This document shows positions 29,978 through 39,006 of a stretch of DNA of 64,000 bases, in pieces. This DNA comes from a virus. Both the position numbers and the translations under genes were made by a program. The notes below the pieces were generated by a model. It saw only the letters and a program-made list of their open reading frames with translations, had not been told where the DNA came from and did no database searches. How positions within the stretch are numbered: the stretch's first letter is position 1; every line of letters starts with the position of its first letter. The stretch spans positions 24,464-88,463 of the IMG/VR virus record IMGVR_UViG_3300025789_000822; one strand, 5' to 3'.

Positions 29978-30394
29978 TTAAGCGCCGTAAACTGTAGTGA
30001 ACGTAGCTGCGTTTGTACCAGTTGTTGTGTTAGCAACTGAAGCTGAAGTCAAAGCTGCATTAACAGCAGCAACAACGTTGGCACCAGCTGAACCGTCTAC
30101 TGACCAAGCACCTGTTGGATATGTTGCGAATGCAAATGTATCTGAAGTTGTGTTTGTATATTCGTAGATATAGATTGTTGCCAATTGTTGAACTGTTTCA
30201 ATGATAACGTTAGCTTGTGTAGCACTGAAGTGTGTACCTGAAGCGGCCGTAATTGTCATGAAGTCTAGTTTTGGACCTTGTGGTTGAACAACGTAACCAG
30301 AATCGATTGCGTTAACACCTGGGTTTGTGTAACCAGGGTAGTCTAAGTTGAATACTGGATAGAAGTCACCGTTCGTGCGTGTAAATTGTGCCAT
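29978..30394 (-). CDS. Probable abundant small virion protein
   Basis: Own TAAATA promoter, hairpin leader, RBS and terminator; A/T-rich 138 aa. Confidence 0.55.
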   Translation of the reverse strand: MAQFTRTNGDFYPVFNLDYPGYTNPGVNAIDSGYVVQPQGPKLDFMTITAASGTHFSATQANVIIETVQQLATIYIYEYTNTTSDTFAFATYPTGAWSVDGSAGANVVAAVNAALTSASVANTTTGTNAATFTTVYGA

Positions 30395-30477
30395 TTTTGA
30401 AAATTCCTTAATGTTTGTTGAAGCCTACTGCTTCATACATTTATTTATGCCTGGCACAAAAAAATGATGGTTTTGGA

Positions 30478-31635
30478 TTATCTTCCGGCTAGATTTTGAC
30501 GACTAAAGCCCATTCTATCTACGAACTTAAGACCGTTTGCAACGAAACCTTCTTGAGTTTCAGTACCGTCTTGTAAGAATCCTTTAACAGGGCTAGACTT
30601 TGCTGCATGGTCTAATTGTTTCACTACATCCATTTTTAGATTATAGATAGCAACCCAAATCTTAAATGCACCCATGACACCTTGTTTGTTAACCTTAAGG
30701 TGTTCCATGATCTTTTCTTTCATCTTATCTGTCATGGGTCTTGATTCTACATATTCTATAAAACCATTGTATAGATTACTTAAGTTACCTGATACAATAC
30801 GTTTGTTAATATACGTAGTAAATAGTTGGTTGAATGTATTACGTGCTTGTGGGGCAGTATTCATTAAGTCTTTTACTGCGGCACCATATGTGTTTAGTTC
30901 TTTGATGGCAGTGTTCTTTAATTTGTCATTGATTCCCAAGTTAGGCGTGATTGGCATTTTACTTGGAATAATAGCAACATTACTATTGTTCTTTAAGTTA
31001 CCAATGCTACCGTCAAGACTTGATGCTTCATCAGTAGTAATTGCATTTGCAGGAATAAATTGGTGAACTGCAATTCCTGCATCTTTTCCAGCAATTAATT
31101 TTCCAACTTCACTGTTTGCATTTACCGCATAAGCAATACCATTTGGATTTGCTTTGAATCTATAAACGCCCTTGTCATCTTTCAATGGCTTGCTGAATAA
31201 CAAATCACCCCAGTAATAACCATTGCCACCGCGATCTGCTTGTTCTAATCCAGGCCAAATAGTAGAAATTAATCCATATAAATCGCCGCGGTTAACCCCT
31301 CTGGCTGCATCATATTGTACAAACTCTTCTGGACTGAATACTTGGCGGCCCGAACCGTCTTTCTTGTTGAACATATGTTTGTCCATGATACTAAATTTAC
31401 CATTGGGGCCACGACCAAAAATCAATGCAGGATAACCATCCCACTTAATAGTAATTGCGTTTGGATTACTTACAGTTCTTTCAATGGCATCAATTGCTTG
31501 TCTAGCACCTTCTTCATCATTCAAGAATACTAAATCCTCAGGATGGTCTAAGTGGCCTTTAGCCTCTTTAATAACTACACGGTCAATATTGTCTAATTGA
31601 CTTTTTAGTTTCGCCAATGATTCTGATAAGTTCAT
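30478..31635 (-). CDS. Nucleotidyltransferase/RNA-ligase-like protein (DUF6267-like)
   Basis: HLDHPED, KWDG (ligase motif I-like), GDLLF, EGFV, KFVDR..FS. Confidence 0.55.
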   Translation of the reverse strand: MNLSESLAKLKSQLDNIDRVVIKEAKGHLDHPEDLVFLNDEEGARQAIDAIERTVSNPNAITIKWDGYPALIFGRGPNGKFSIMDKHMFNKKDGSGRQVFSPEEFVQYDAARGVNRGDLYGLISTIWPGLEQADRGGNGYYWGDLLFSKPLKDDKGVYRFKANPNGIAYAVNANSEVGKLIAGKDAGIAVHQFIPANAITTDEASSLDGSIGNLKNNSNVAIIPSKMPITPNLGINDKLKNTAIKELNTYGAAVKDLMNTAPQARNTFNQLFTTYINKRIVSGNLSNLYNGFIEYVESRPMTDKMKEKIMEHLKVNKQGVMGAFKIWVAIYNLKMDVVKQLDHAAKSSPVKGFLQDGTETQEGFVANGLKFVDRMGFSRQNLAGR

Positions 31636-32975
31636 ACTGCTCTGCGAATCTTACGTTTTGATTCAGCTACCTTAAGATTTGGAGTTTTAGCTTGTGGTTC
31701 TGCCTGCGGATTATTTGTTGCCTGATTGCCGGCCGCTACCTTAGGAGGTTCTGCATTGGGTGCTTTTGCTACTTGCAACGATTTAACTAATTGATTATAT
31801 GCTTCAACATCAAGTTGTGACAACTGTTTTAGTTGTTTTTTAATTTCAGATGCTAATTGAAAACTATTTGACTGACCACCTGCTTGTGCTCCTGCTTGTG
31901 CTCCTGCTTGTGCACCTGTTTGAGTGGTAGACTGTGATTGAGCAGTGGGTTGTGCCTGCGTAGTTTGTTGACCTTGTTGTGTGCCAGGGGCTTGTGATTG
32001 AGATTGACCTTTGGCTGCATTTCCACCTGCTTGTTGTACCGCATAAGCAATACCAGCTAGGGTGTTCAATGCGGCTTGTGCAGACTTACCTACTTTGTTT
32101 CCGTCTTGCGCAATAGCTTTATCGAGTTGATTAATTGCATTGTTTACATCTTGTTCTTCATCTCCGTAACCAACATTGCCCATGAAGTTTTTAAACCATT
32201 CTTGCATATATTGACCAACTGTTTTACCCTCAGTGATCATACTTTCAAAAATATTGTTTAATTTCAAATACTTAGTTTCAGCAATATAATAAGTTTTTCC
32301 TTCTTTGAGAACACCTAGTCCTAATTGTTTCCATGTAATACCAACAGACTCAAGTAGTTTATTGATAAAATAGATTCTCCAGGCTTCGCTCATAGTCTGT
32401 CCTGCTTTTATACGATTAATAGCACTATTTGCAAAGTTAGGATCAGGATTACCCTTCTTGATAATCTGTTGAACTGTTGCTACACCATTTTCCCACTCAG
32501 GATATCCCTTACGATCTGCCATGTAGTTGACTAATTCTTTAGTCAAGGCCATTTTTTGATTCTTATCTTGTGTAGCATTAATTGCTTTAGCCGCACCCTG
32601 AATATATGAGTTCATATTCTGAGTAGTTTGAACTTGTTGATTATACTTGCCAACAGCCTTACTTGTATCTGGTTTAGCTTTAACTGCTGTTGGTTGAGGC
32701 GCAGTTGCCGGTGCCCCTGGTTGATTTGGTTCAGGAGTTACAGTACTAGGGTTAACTTGAGTTGCTCCGGCACCTGATGCGCCACCGGGAGTAATCAATC
32801 CACTGTTGATACCTGTATTCAATGCATTGGCTGCATTGGCTACAAAGTTTTTCATAAAGATGTCTTGGGCTCTATTTGATTGTTTTGTTTGAGGATCAGC
32901 AAATGCACCCTTAACTTTACCGGCTAGATCACCGAAAAAACCTTCTTCAATATCTTTAAATTCATTTAGTTTCAT
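31632..32975 (-). CDS. Putative internal head protein, Q/A-rich
   Basis: MKLNEF N-terminus, x-x-E junctions, low complexity. Confidence 0.5.
   Translation of the reverse strand: MKLNEFKDIEEGFFGDLAGKVKGAFADPQTKQSNRAQDIFMKNFVANAANALNTGINSGLITPGGASGAGATQVNPSTVTPEPNQPGAPATAPQPTAVKAKPDTSKAVGKYNQQVQTTQNMNSYIQGAAKAINATQDKNQKMALTKELVNYMADRKGYPEWENGVATVQQIIKKGNPDPNFANSAINRIKAGQTMSEAWRIYFINKLLESVGITWKQLGLGVLKEGKTYYIAETKYLKLNNIFESMITEGKTVGQYMQEWFKNFMGNVGYGDEEQDVNNAINQLDKAIAQDGNKVGKSAQAALNTLAGIAYAVQQAGGNAAKGQSQSQAPGTQQGQQTTQAQPTAQSQSTTQTGAQAGAQAGAQAGGQSNSFQLASEIKKQLKQLSQLDVEAYNQLVKSLQVAKAPNAEPPKVAAGNQATNNPQAEPQAKTPNLKVAESKRKIRRAV
31879..31913 (-). repeat. 12-bp coding tandem repeat x3 (AQAG)
   Basis: CCTGCTTGTGC(T) three times on the plus strand. 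Confidence 0.85.
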
Positions 32976-33210
32976 CTTTTTTCCTCAAAGTCTTTGCAAA
33001 TCTTGCTTGATCCTTGCCCTTGATAGCACTTATAAGTTTTTTCTCTAAAAGTTCAGCCTTTTCAGGAGAATAATGACGGCTCATTAATTCAATTAGATTG
33101 ATAGCACTAGTGATAATGTTAGAGGCTCGGGATTCGATGACATGATTAATGTCACGTTTTTCCCCAATCGATTGTAATTCTTCTAAGAGGCTCTTGGTCT
33201 TTTTTTGCAT
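32962..33210 (-). CDS. Hypothetical late protein
   Basis: 82-aa ORF after TAAATA. Confidence 0.6.
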   Translation of the reverse strand: MQKKTKSLLEELQSIGEKRDINHVIESRASNIITSAINLIELMSRHYSPEKAELLEKKLISAIKGKDQARFAKTLRKKDETK

Positions 33211-33250
33211 AGCATAGGATCCTATAGTGTATTTAGTCTAAATGACAAAT

Positions 33251-34654
33251 TTATTTCTTAAGTGAGTTTAGCAACATTTTGAGTTTTGCACTCTGTACAT
33301 CTGCAACCACACGTTTTTCTTCAGGTTCTACAGTATCATGCACTGCTTGATTTACTGATCCTACTTGACTTGTTGTTTTGATCCTATTTAAAATTTCATT
33401 AGATGAAGGTTGTTCTCTAGTTTGTTCCGAGTCACTATCACTAATACGCATAGTTTCGATATTGTAATCCAAATCAATCTTTTGACCAACACCCGTTGAA
33501 CTACGACTTTTCATACATTGAATCTGATACTTACCACGCTCACGCATACTACGGCTTGTAAAAATACCAAACACATAGTCAGCAGTATTAATCTTACTAA
33601 TACCACCTGCAATGTGACTATGATCAAACTCGATTTCTTCCACAGCACTACGATTTAACTGACTTGCAGTAATCATTAATAATCCAAGTTCTTTTGCTAG
33701 ATTACGTAATTCTTCAGCCACATACTTGTCCTTAACGAACTGATCAGTTGGGCTGACTTTAACACTAACCGGCATAACCAAGTCCAAATAGTCAATCATA
33801 ACAAAGTCAACTTTAATACCTGTTTGAATCTGTACTTCTTTTAAGTATGCACGAATATCGTTGACGTTGCTTTGCGCAGGCAATGATTTAACACGATATT
33901 TACCTGCTCTGCTACCATGCATCTTGACTTTGATAGTTGCATCGTCAATGTCTTTGCGAATGTCTTTTGTGCCCATGTTAGTCAACATCGCATCAGTACG
34001 CAAACTAGTAAGTTCTTCACTCAATTCAAGTGTGACATAAACACCACTTAATCCTTGTTGCAACCAGTTCAATGCACTATTCATCATGACTAATGATTTA
34101 CCTGATCCTGAGCCACCTGCAAAGATGTTTAATTCACCTCTACTCATGCCACCATACATAATACGATCAAGTTGTGGCCAGCCAGTACTTACTTGACCAC
34201 CTTGATTGAAATAACGATTCAATCGATCCTTGGGGTCAGCAAAGTAATCAGTACCCATGTCACGTTGCAAACTGATTTGTACAGCATCTTTGATTAGTTT
34301 TTCAACTGGATCAAAGTCACCCTTCTCCAACATGTCTGCTGCCTTGAGAATAGCACGTTCAAGTTCTTGGCGCTTTGTGAATTGTTCAAATTCTTCTAAG
34401 AACCAATCATAATGCCCACTGTCTAGTTCTGCAACTGTGTCAATTTCTACCCCAGTCGTTGCTTTAATCTGCGTAGGATCGGGAATAACATTATATTTCT
34501 TGCTATGTTCAACAATAAATTCTGCGACCGGGCGCAATCTACGGTCAAAGTTTTCTGGATTTATAATGTTGATGACACGTGTATACAATTCTGCGTTCGT
34601 AACCATCATGCGCAAAAACAATGTTTGCACATCTGTGTTATAATCTTTTATCAA
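33251..34654 (-). CDS. Replicative DNA helicase (T4 gp41/DnaB-like)
   Basis: Walker A GGSGSGKS, IDYLD, TASQLNR, KSR. Confidence 0.92.
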   Translation of the reverse strand: MIKDYNTDVQTLFLRMMVTNAELYTRVINIINPENFDRRLRPVAEFIVEHSKKYNVIPDPTQIKATTGVEIDTVAELDSGHYDWFLEEFEQFTKRQELERAILKAADMLEKGDFDPVEKLIKDAVQISLQRDMGTDYFADPKDRLNRYFNQGGQVSTGWPQLDRIMYGGMSRGELNIFAGGSGSGKSLVMMNSALNWLQQGLSGVYVTLELSEELTSLRTDAMLTNMGTKDIRKDIDDATIKVKMHGSRAGKYRVKSLPAQSNVNDIRAYLKEVQIQTGIKVDFVMIDYLDLVMPVSVKVSPTDQFVKDKYVAEELRNLAKELGLLMITASQLNRSAVEEIEFDHSHIAGGISKINTADYVFGIFTSRSMRERGKYQIQCMKSRSSTGVGQKIDLDYNIETMRISDSDSEQTREQPSSNEILNRIKTTSQVGSVNQAVHDTVEPEEKRVVADVQSAKLKMLLNSLKK

Positions 34655-35609
34655 GTTTTCTCCTACTCATCTCTACTTTAATTTTACTAGTAGTTGCGTT
34701 TTGCAATATACTTAGTAGTGTTGGCAATCTACCATATTTAACCACAGCATCGTTAACGTCTTTGATATTGTCAGCCCAATCAGGAATACTAACAAAAAAT
34801 CCCAAGTCTAATGCTCTATCACATATCTCTAAACCAGGCTTATCATGATCAGGCACTACAATGATTTTTCTGTTAAGGCTTCTCAATATCTGTACCTGAT
34901 CGTCATTGATTGCGTTGTGTGTTAGTGCACAGCCATTGATACTAAGTGCATCAAAAATACCTTCTACTACAATACAAACTTCCCATTCAGGTTTTTGAAA
35001 GTCATAACCAAACACATATCCCGATTGTTGTTCATTGATAAACTTAGGCTTTCTGTCGTCTAAGAATCTACTAGTATGTCCTACAATCTTGTTGTTATGT
35101 GTAAAGGGGATAATAATACGATTATTATATCTTCCTTCAGCGTCAGGTGTTACCATAAAGGGATAATCTGTTGGTTGCACCCCACGTTTTTTCAAGTAGT
35201 CTGTATATACCTTATGTCTGTGATTATTAGCATCAACCAGTTCAGCATCAGGTAGTTCCATTTCTTTGAACTTAACCCTGCTTTTTATTTTTTTAACTTG
35301 TATAAGGTCCAATACATCTTTGTTTTGCAGGCTTTCTAAATTCCAACGATTGATTTGGTTGTCATCTATCCCACACCAAGACAAAAATTGTCGTGTGTTC
35401 TTTGTTAGGCTTTTGCCCAATGAGAAACCACATTTGAAGTTACAATTGAAACAATGAAATGACCAATTAGTTCCATCTGATTTGATACCACCGCGCATAC
35501 GACGGTCAACTGAATGCCCACGATTGTGGCAGCATGGTGCATTAAAACTATGCCAGCCACTTTGTGTTAATTTTTTCTTACCCGGAATGACCGTTAGGAT
35601 ATCAAACAT
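34638..35609 (-). CDS. DNA primase (gp61-like, Zn finger plus TOPRIM)
   Basis: CFNC, VEGIFDA, VPDHD, KDVND. Confidence 0.88.
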   Translation of the reverse strand: MFDILTVIPGKKKLTQSGWHSFNAPCCHNRGHSVDRRMRGGIKSDGTNWSFHCFNCNFKCGFSLGKSLTKNTRQFLSWCGIDDNQINRWNLESLQNKDVLDLIQVKKIKSRVKFKEMELPDAELVDANNHRHKVYTDYLKKRGVQPTDYPFMVTPDAEGRYNNRIIIPFTHNNKIVGHTSRFLDDRKPKFINEQQSGYVFGYDFQKPEWEVCIVVEGIFDALSINGCALTHNAINDDQVQILRSLNRKIIVVPDHDKPGLEICDRALDLGFFVSIPDWADNIKDVNDAVVKYGRLPTLLSILQNATTSKIKVEMSRRKLDKRL

Positions 35610-35657
35610 ATTGATATTGTAACATAACTGTAGGAATAATCAAGTAATAAGGTAGAA

Positions 35658-36458
35658 TTATCTTGATAATACGTTGGTAACTTCGCCGCCGTTGCTATTG
35701 AACTGAACTCTAACAAATGGATGGAATCCTTTTACTACATACCCATAAGTGCTACTATCGTTGCTGTAGTTTGCGCTGGCTAATATAGGATACCAATCTG
35801 TGTCTACTTGGGTAGAACCTTGAATAATGATGTTACCAGTATACTCACGCAGTTGTGTTTGGATAGTCAATACTGGATTATTGTCTGTACTGATAACGCT
35901 GGTATAATATGATGTGTTATTGCTTGTGCTATAAGGTTGATCATTGGCGTTGAATTGATATGTCAAGTTAGGGAATGGTTGACCTGTTGGAATTGATACA
36001 TTTGCTGATGGTACAAACTTAGGTTTAATACTATCAACAATATATAGATCCCCACGACCTCCCTGGTTTTGATCTACATACACAGGATAATTAAATGCAC
36101 CAACAGGAATCTCTAATGTATAGTAGCATTTCTGTGCACTAATACCAAACAATTCAGCAGGAGTAGTTTGTAATACCATGATTCCATTTGCAGGAAATAC
36201 AGGTACCAAATAAGTTTGTAATAATGTTACTGAACCAGTAATGTCAATTGCTCTAAAAGTAATATTTGCTCCGGTTACATCCACTGGTTTTTGTTCTTGA
36301 TTTAAGAATTGAAATTGAAGTTGATTATCAACACCTCTGTTAAGAGTAATTGGTCTAGAATATTGTGGCATATAATTCCTTGGCGAGTTACCTGATAGGA
36401 GTACAACTATCTGACGCGGTGTATAATAGAAAACTTGAGTTGAAAATGATGATAACAC
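35658..36458 (-). CDS. Hypothetical late structural protein
   Basis: Beta-rich 266 aa; TAAATA and AGGAG upstream of a GTG start. Confidence 0.5.
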   Translation of the reverse strand: MLSSFSTQVFYYTPRQIVVLLSGNSPRNYMPQYSRPITLNRGVDNQLQFQFLNQEQKPVDVTGANITFRAIDITGSVTLLQTYLVPVFPANGIMVLQTTPAELFGISAQKCYYTLEIPVGAFNYPVYVDQNQGGRGDLYIVDSIKPKFVPSANVSIPTGQPFPNLTYQFNANDQPYSTSNNTSYYTSVISTDNNPVLTIQTQLREYTGNIIIQGSTQVDTDWYPILASANYSNDSSTYGYVVKGFHPFVRVQFNSNGGEVTNVLSR

Positions 36459-36548
36459 GCAAACATTGCTCCTTTGATGTATTTAGTCAAACTAAATATG
36501 AAAATATTAAGTATGGGTTTATCCGATTAAATAATACAGAATAACAAT

Positions 36549-36926
36549 ATGAATCAAGATTTTTTCAAAAAACTAACTGAAAATCACCCTTTCATCACTA
36601 TTTGTTCTTATGCCAATCAAGATTATGTTGGTATAATTCAAAACCGTGATGACCTCGTGACCACAATGTATGACTATGGTTCTATTGTAGAATCTGACCT
36701 AAGAGCAAAGTTCTTAGAACTAGGAGATATTTGGTGGTGGGAAAGTAACAGAGCAATACCCATCAACTTGTTTCTTAGAACCGAGTGGATTGTATTCAAG
36801 CCCTATATTAGAACATTCAGCAACAAGAGTTTGAATATCATTCATGGCCCTGTTGTTAGTATGACAGACTTCGCCAAGCGCAGGGGCAAGCGCAAATCAA
36901 TTACACTTGTAAAGAAGATTCCTTAA
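36549..36926 (+). CDS. Hypothetical protein
   Basis: 125-aa ORF, WWWESNR motif, TAAATA upstream. Confidence 0.6.
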   Translation: MNQDFFKKLTENHPFITICSYANQDYVGIIQNRDDLVTTMYDYGSIVESDLRAKFLELGDIWWWESNRAIPINLFLRTEWIVFKPYIRTFSNKSLNIIHGPVVSMTDFAKRRGKRKSITLVKKIP

Positions 36927-37482
36927 GCAGATTCATATGCACGACAACTAATTGTGCATAGGCAATCGCATGACTTTTTTTGAAACTATATCCAGTGTGA
37001 TCCTTTTCCCACACACTTTCATTCACTTCTTTCCAACTCTTACCGACCAAATGACGTTTAGCGGGTCTGATAACTGCTAAGAACATAGCAAGTCTTGGGA
37101 TACTATTCACTGGTTCAGGCATCTTTTTAAGTGTGTCATATTGCTGACCCAAGTGAATTAGTTTTTCAACGGTGTCCTTGTCATTTAACATTGACCAATC
37201 AGGCTCGCCCATCAACTCAATCAAATGTAATTCATCACGTACTTGATTGTATATATGAACATTCAATAAGTCTAACTTAAAGTATCCACGTTTTTCTGCA
37301 TCGGCGTAGTGCAAACTAGACATTTGATGTACAGGATCGTATGGTATTTCTGTAACATAGACACCAGTGGGATGTTTACGGATAGGCGTTACATTACGCA
37401 TACTTGCAGGGGTATGCTTAATCAATGATAAAATTTTATCACGGTCACCTAAATCAATATCTACATCACTATCAATTATCAT
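36901..37482 (-). CDS. Minimal DNA polymerase III alpha (DnaE-like) catalytic fragment
   Basis: SDVDID, KHPTGV, FKLDLL, IRP, GYSFKKSHAIAY motifs. Confidence 0.8.
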   Translation of the reverse strand: MIIDSDVDIDLGDRDKILSLIKHTPASMRNVTPIRKHPTGVYVTEIPYDPVHQMSSLHYADAEKRGYFKLDLLNVHIYNQVRDELHLIELMGEPDWSMLNDKDTVEKLIHLGQQYDTLKKMPEPVNSIPRLAMFLAVIRPAKRHLVGKSWKEVNESVWEKDHTGYSFKKSHAIAYAQLVVVHMNLLKESSLQV

Positions 37483-38165
37483 AATACAAATATACCTTTT
37501 TCCTTAGCATTGATGATTTTTATTTCATCTGAATCAATCAATTCATTTATCATATTATACAGGATTTTATTATTTTGTTCAGATAAATGGCAAGGTCTAG
37601 GATCAGGTTCGTTGGGTAAAGGTCTAGCAGTTTCATTGGTAGATACATGTACTAATCCAGTGATACATGATCCATGTATATTCGTCAATTGAATAGGTTT
37701 ACTAATGTTAGAATCTTCTACCCCTTCAAAAGGAAGAATATTAACTAGTTTAATGTTGTTTTCTTTACAGATTCTGTTAACGTCATCAAATATTTTTTGA
37801 CTTAAATAGGTATCTAAATCTAAATCTTGTGTATAACGTAATGCATCCCATACTGTTTTCATTTCTTCCATATCTGATTTAGGTAAAAATGCCTTTTGTG
37901 GGTTATCATCAAATAACATAAAAGCATAACGCTCTAGATAATCAGGCAATGAATGTATTCTATGTGGCATAGTATAAACAAACACCACATGTGTATATTT
38001 CTTATAATTTTCTAAAAACTTTTTAAATGAGTTCCAAACACTAGTGCCCGGTTGACCATAGTGATCCTCAGAATTTTTATGAATTAGTGCTGGCCAACTA
38101 TTTTCAGACCAATCACTGCCATAATATGGATGAGCATAACTATCACCGAACACACCTAATCTCAT
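37479..38165 (-). CDS. SGNH/GDSL-like hydrolase family protein
   Basis: FGDSY, GTS, D.RPCH. Confidence 0.55.
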   Translation of the reverse strand: MRLGVFGDSYAHPYYGSDWSENSWPALIHKNSEDHYGQPGTSVWNSFKKFLENYKKYTHVVFVYTMPHRIHSLPDYLERYAFMLFDDNPQKAFLPKSDMEEMKTVWDALRYTQDLDLDTYLSQKIFDDVNRICKENNIKLVNILPFEGVEDSNISKPIQLTNIHGSCITGLVHVSTNETARPLPNEPDPRPCHLSEQNNKILYNMINELIDSDEIKIINAKEKGIFVL

Positions 38166-38722
38166 CTAGGTTCTACCAATCCAGCTTTCATCAATTTCAT
38201 ATATGCACGTTGTACTACAATTGCTTGATGTTCTGCGTCATCTACTGCCTTGTGACTTGTGACATGCTTACCGTCTTTAAGACTAACGCCTGCAATCTCG
38301 TATAATGTACGTGTGTCACGCATAGTCCAAAAGGGCCAGGGAATGGGATTTGGATTATCACTAGTTTGTCGCCATGCATTTTCCATAACCACTAAGTCAA
38401 AGGGCGCACCATTGCTCCATACTGCTTTTCGATTCCAACAGAATTTGTAAAGAATTTCCATGCATTCTTTGAATGGCATTCTATCACGATCACCCATAGC
38501 CTCTTCGATTGCTTCTGGGCTTTGTTCACCCCACCAACGTAGTGTATCGTCATTGATTCTACGATTGTAGATTTCTGTTTGATCCTCAATTGTTGGTCTG
38601 AGTTCTAATCGCTCTGCGATACCATTACCCTTGGGGTCAAATCTTACAGCACCGATAGTCAAGATAACACAATCAGGTGTAGTATCTAAACTCTCAATGT
38701 CAATCATAATGTCATTTGCCAT
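38162..38722 (-). CDS. 3'-5' exonuclease, DEDDh (DexA/Rv2179c-like)
   Basis: MIDIE, WSNGAPFD, RDTRT, HKAVDDA. Confidence 0.85.
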   Translation of the reverse strand: MANDIMIDIESLDTTPDCVILTIGAVRFDPKGNGIAERLELRPTIEDQTEIYNRRINDDTLRWWGEQSPEAIEEAMGDRDRMPFKECMEILYKFCWNRKAVWSNGAPFDLVVMENAWRQTSDNPNPIPWPFWTMRDTRTLYEIAGVSLKDGKHVTSHKAVDDAEHQAIVVQRAYMKLMKAGLVEPR

Positions 38723-38724
38723 GT

Positions 38725-39006
38725 TTATCCAAACTTTAATATAAAAATTATGTATTTCTTTTCATCAACTATTTCAAACTTGTCCGTGATGTTGCCATCC
38801 ATTGTGTTCAATTTGAAACCATAATTGTTTTCTACGTATTCTTCAAAGTCGTATGCATCAAACTGTCCTGTTAGGACATCTAATGTTTCCATATATTCTT
38901 TGCGAATCTTTTTTAGTGATTCCCAATATTGAAATCGTTTCTTTCTGAATTCAATTTCAGGATCATTTTCATCATAATCCTTAAATGATTTTGGAATGTT
39001 ACTCAT
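38725..39006 (-). CDS. Small protein, F-x-L-x-W/F C-terminal family
   Basis: Ends FEIVDEKKYIIFILKFG. Confidence 0.55.
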   Translation of the reverse strand: MSNIPKSFKDYDENDPEIEFRKKRFQYWESLKKIRKEYMETLDVLTGQFDAYDFEEYVENNYGFKLNTMDGNITDKFEIVDEKKYIIFILKFG

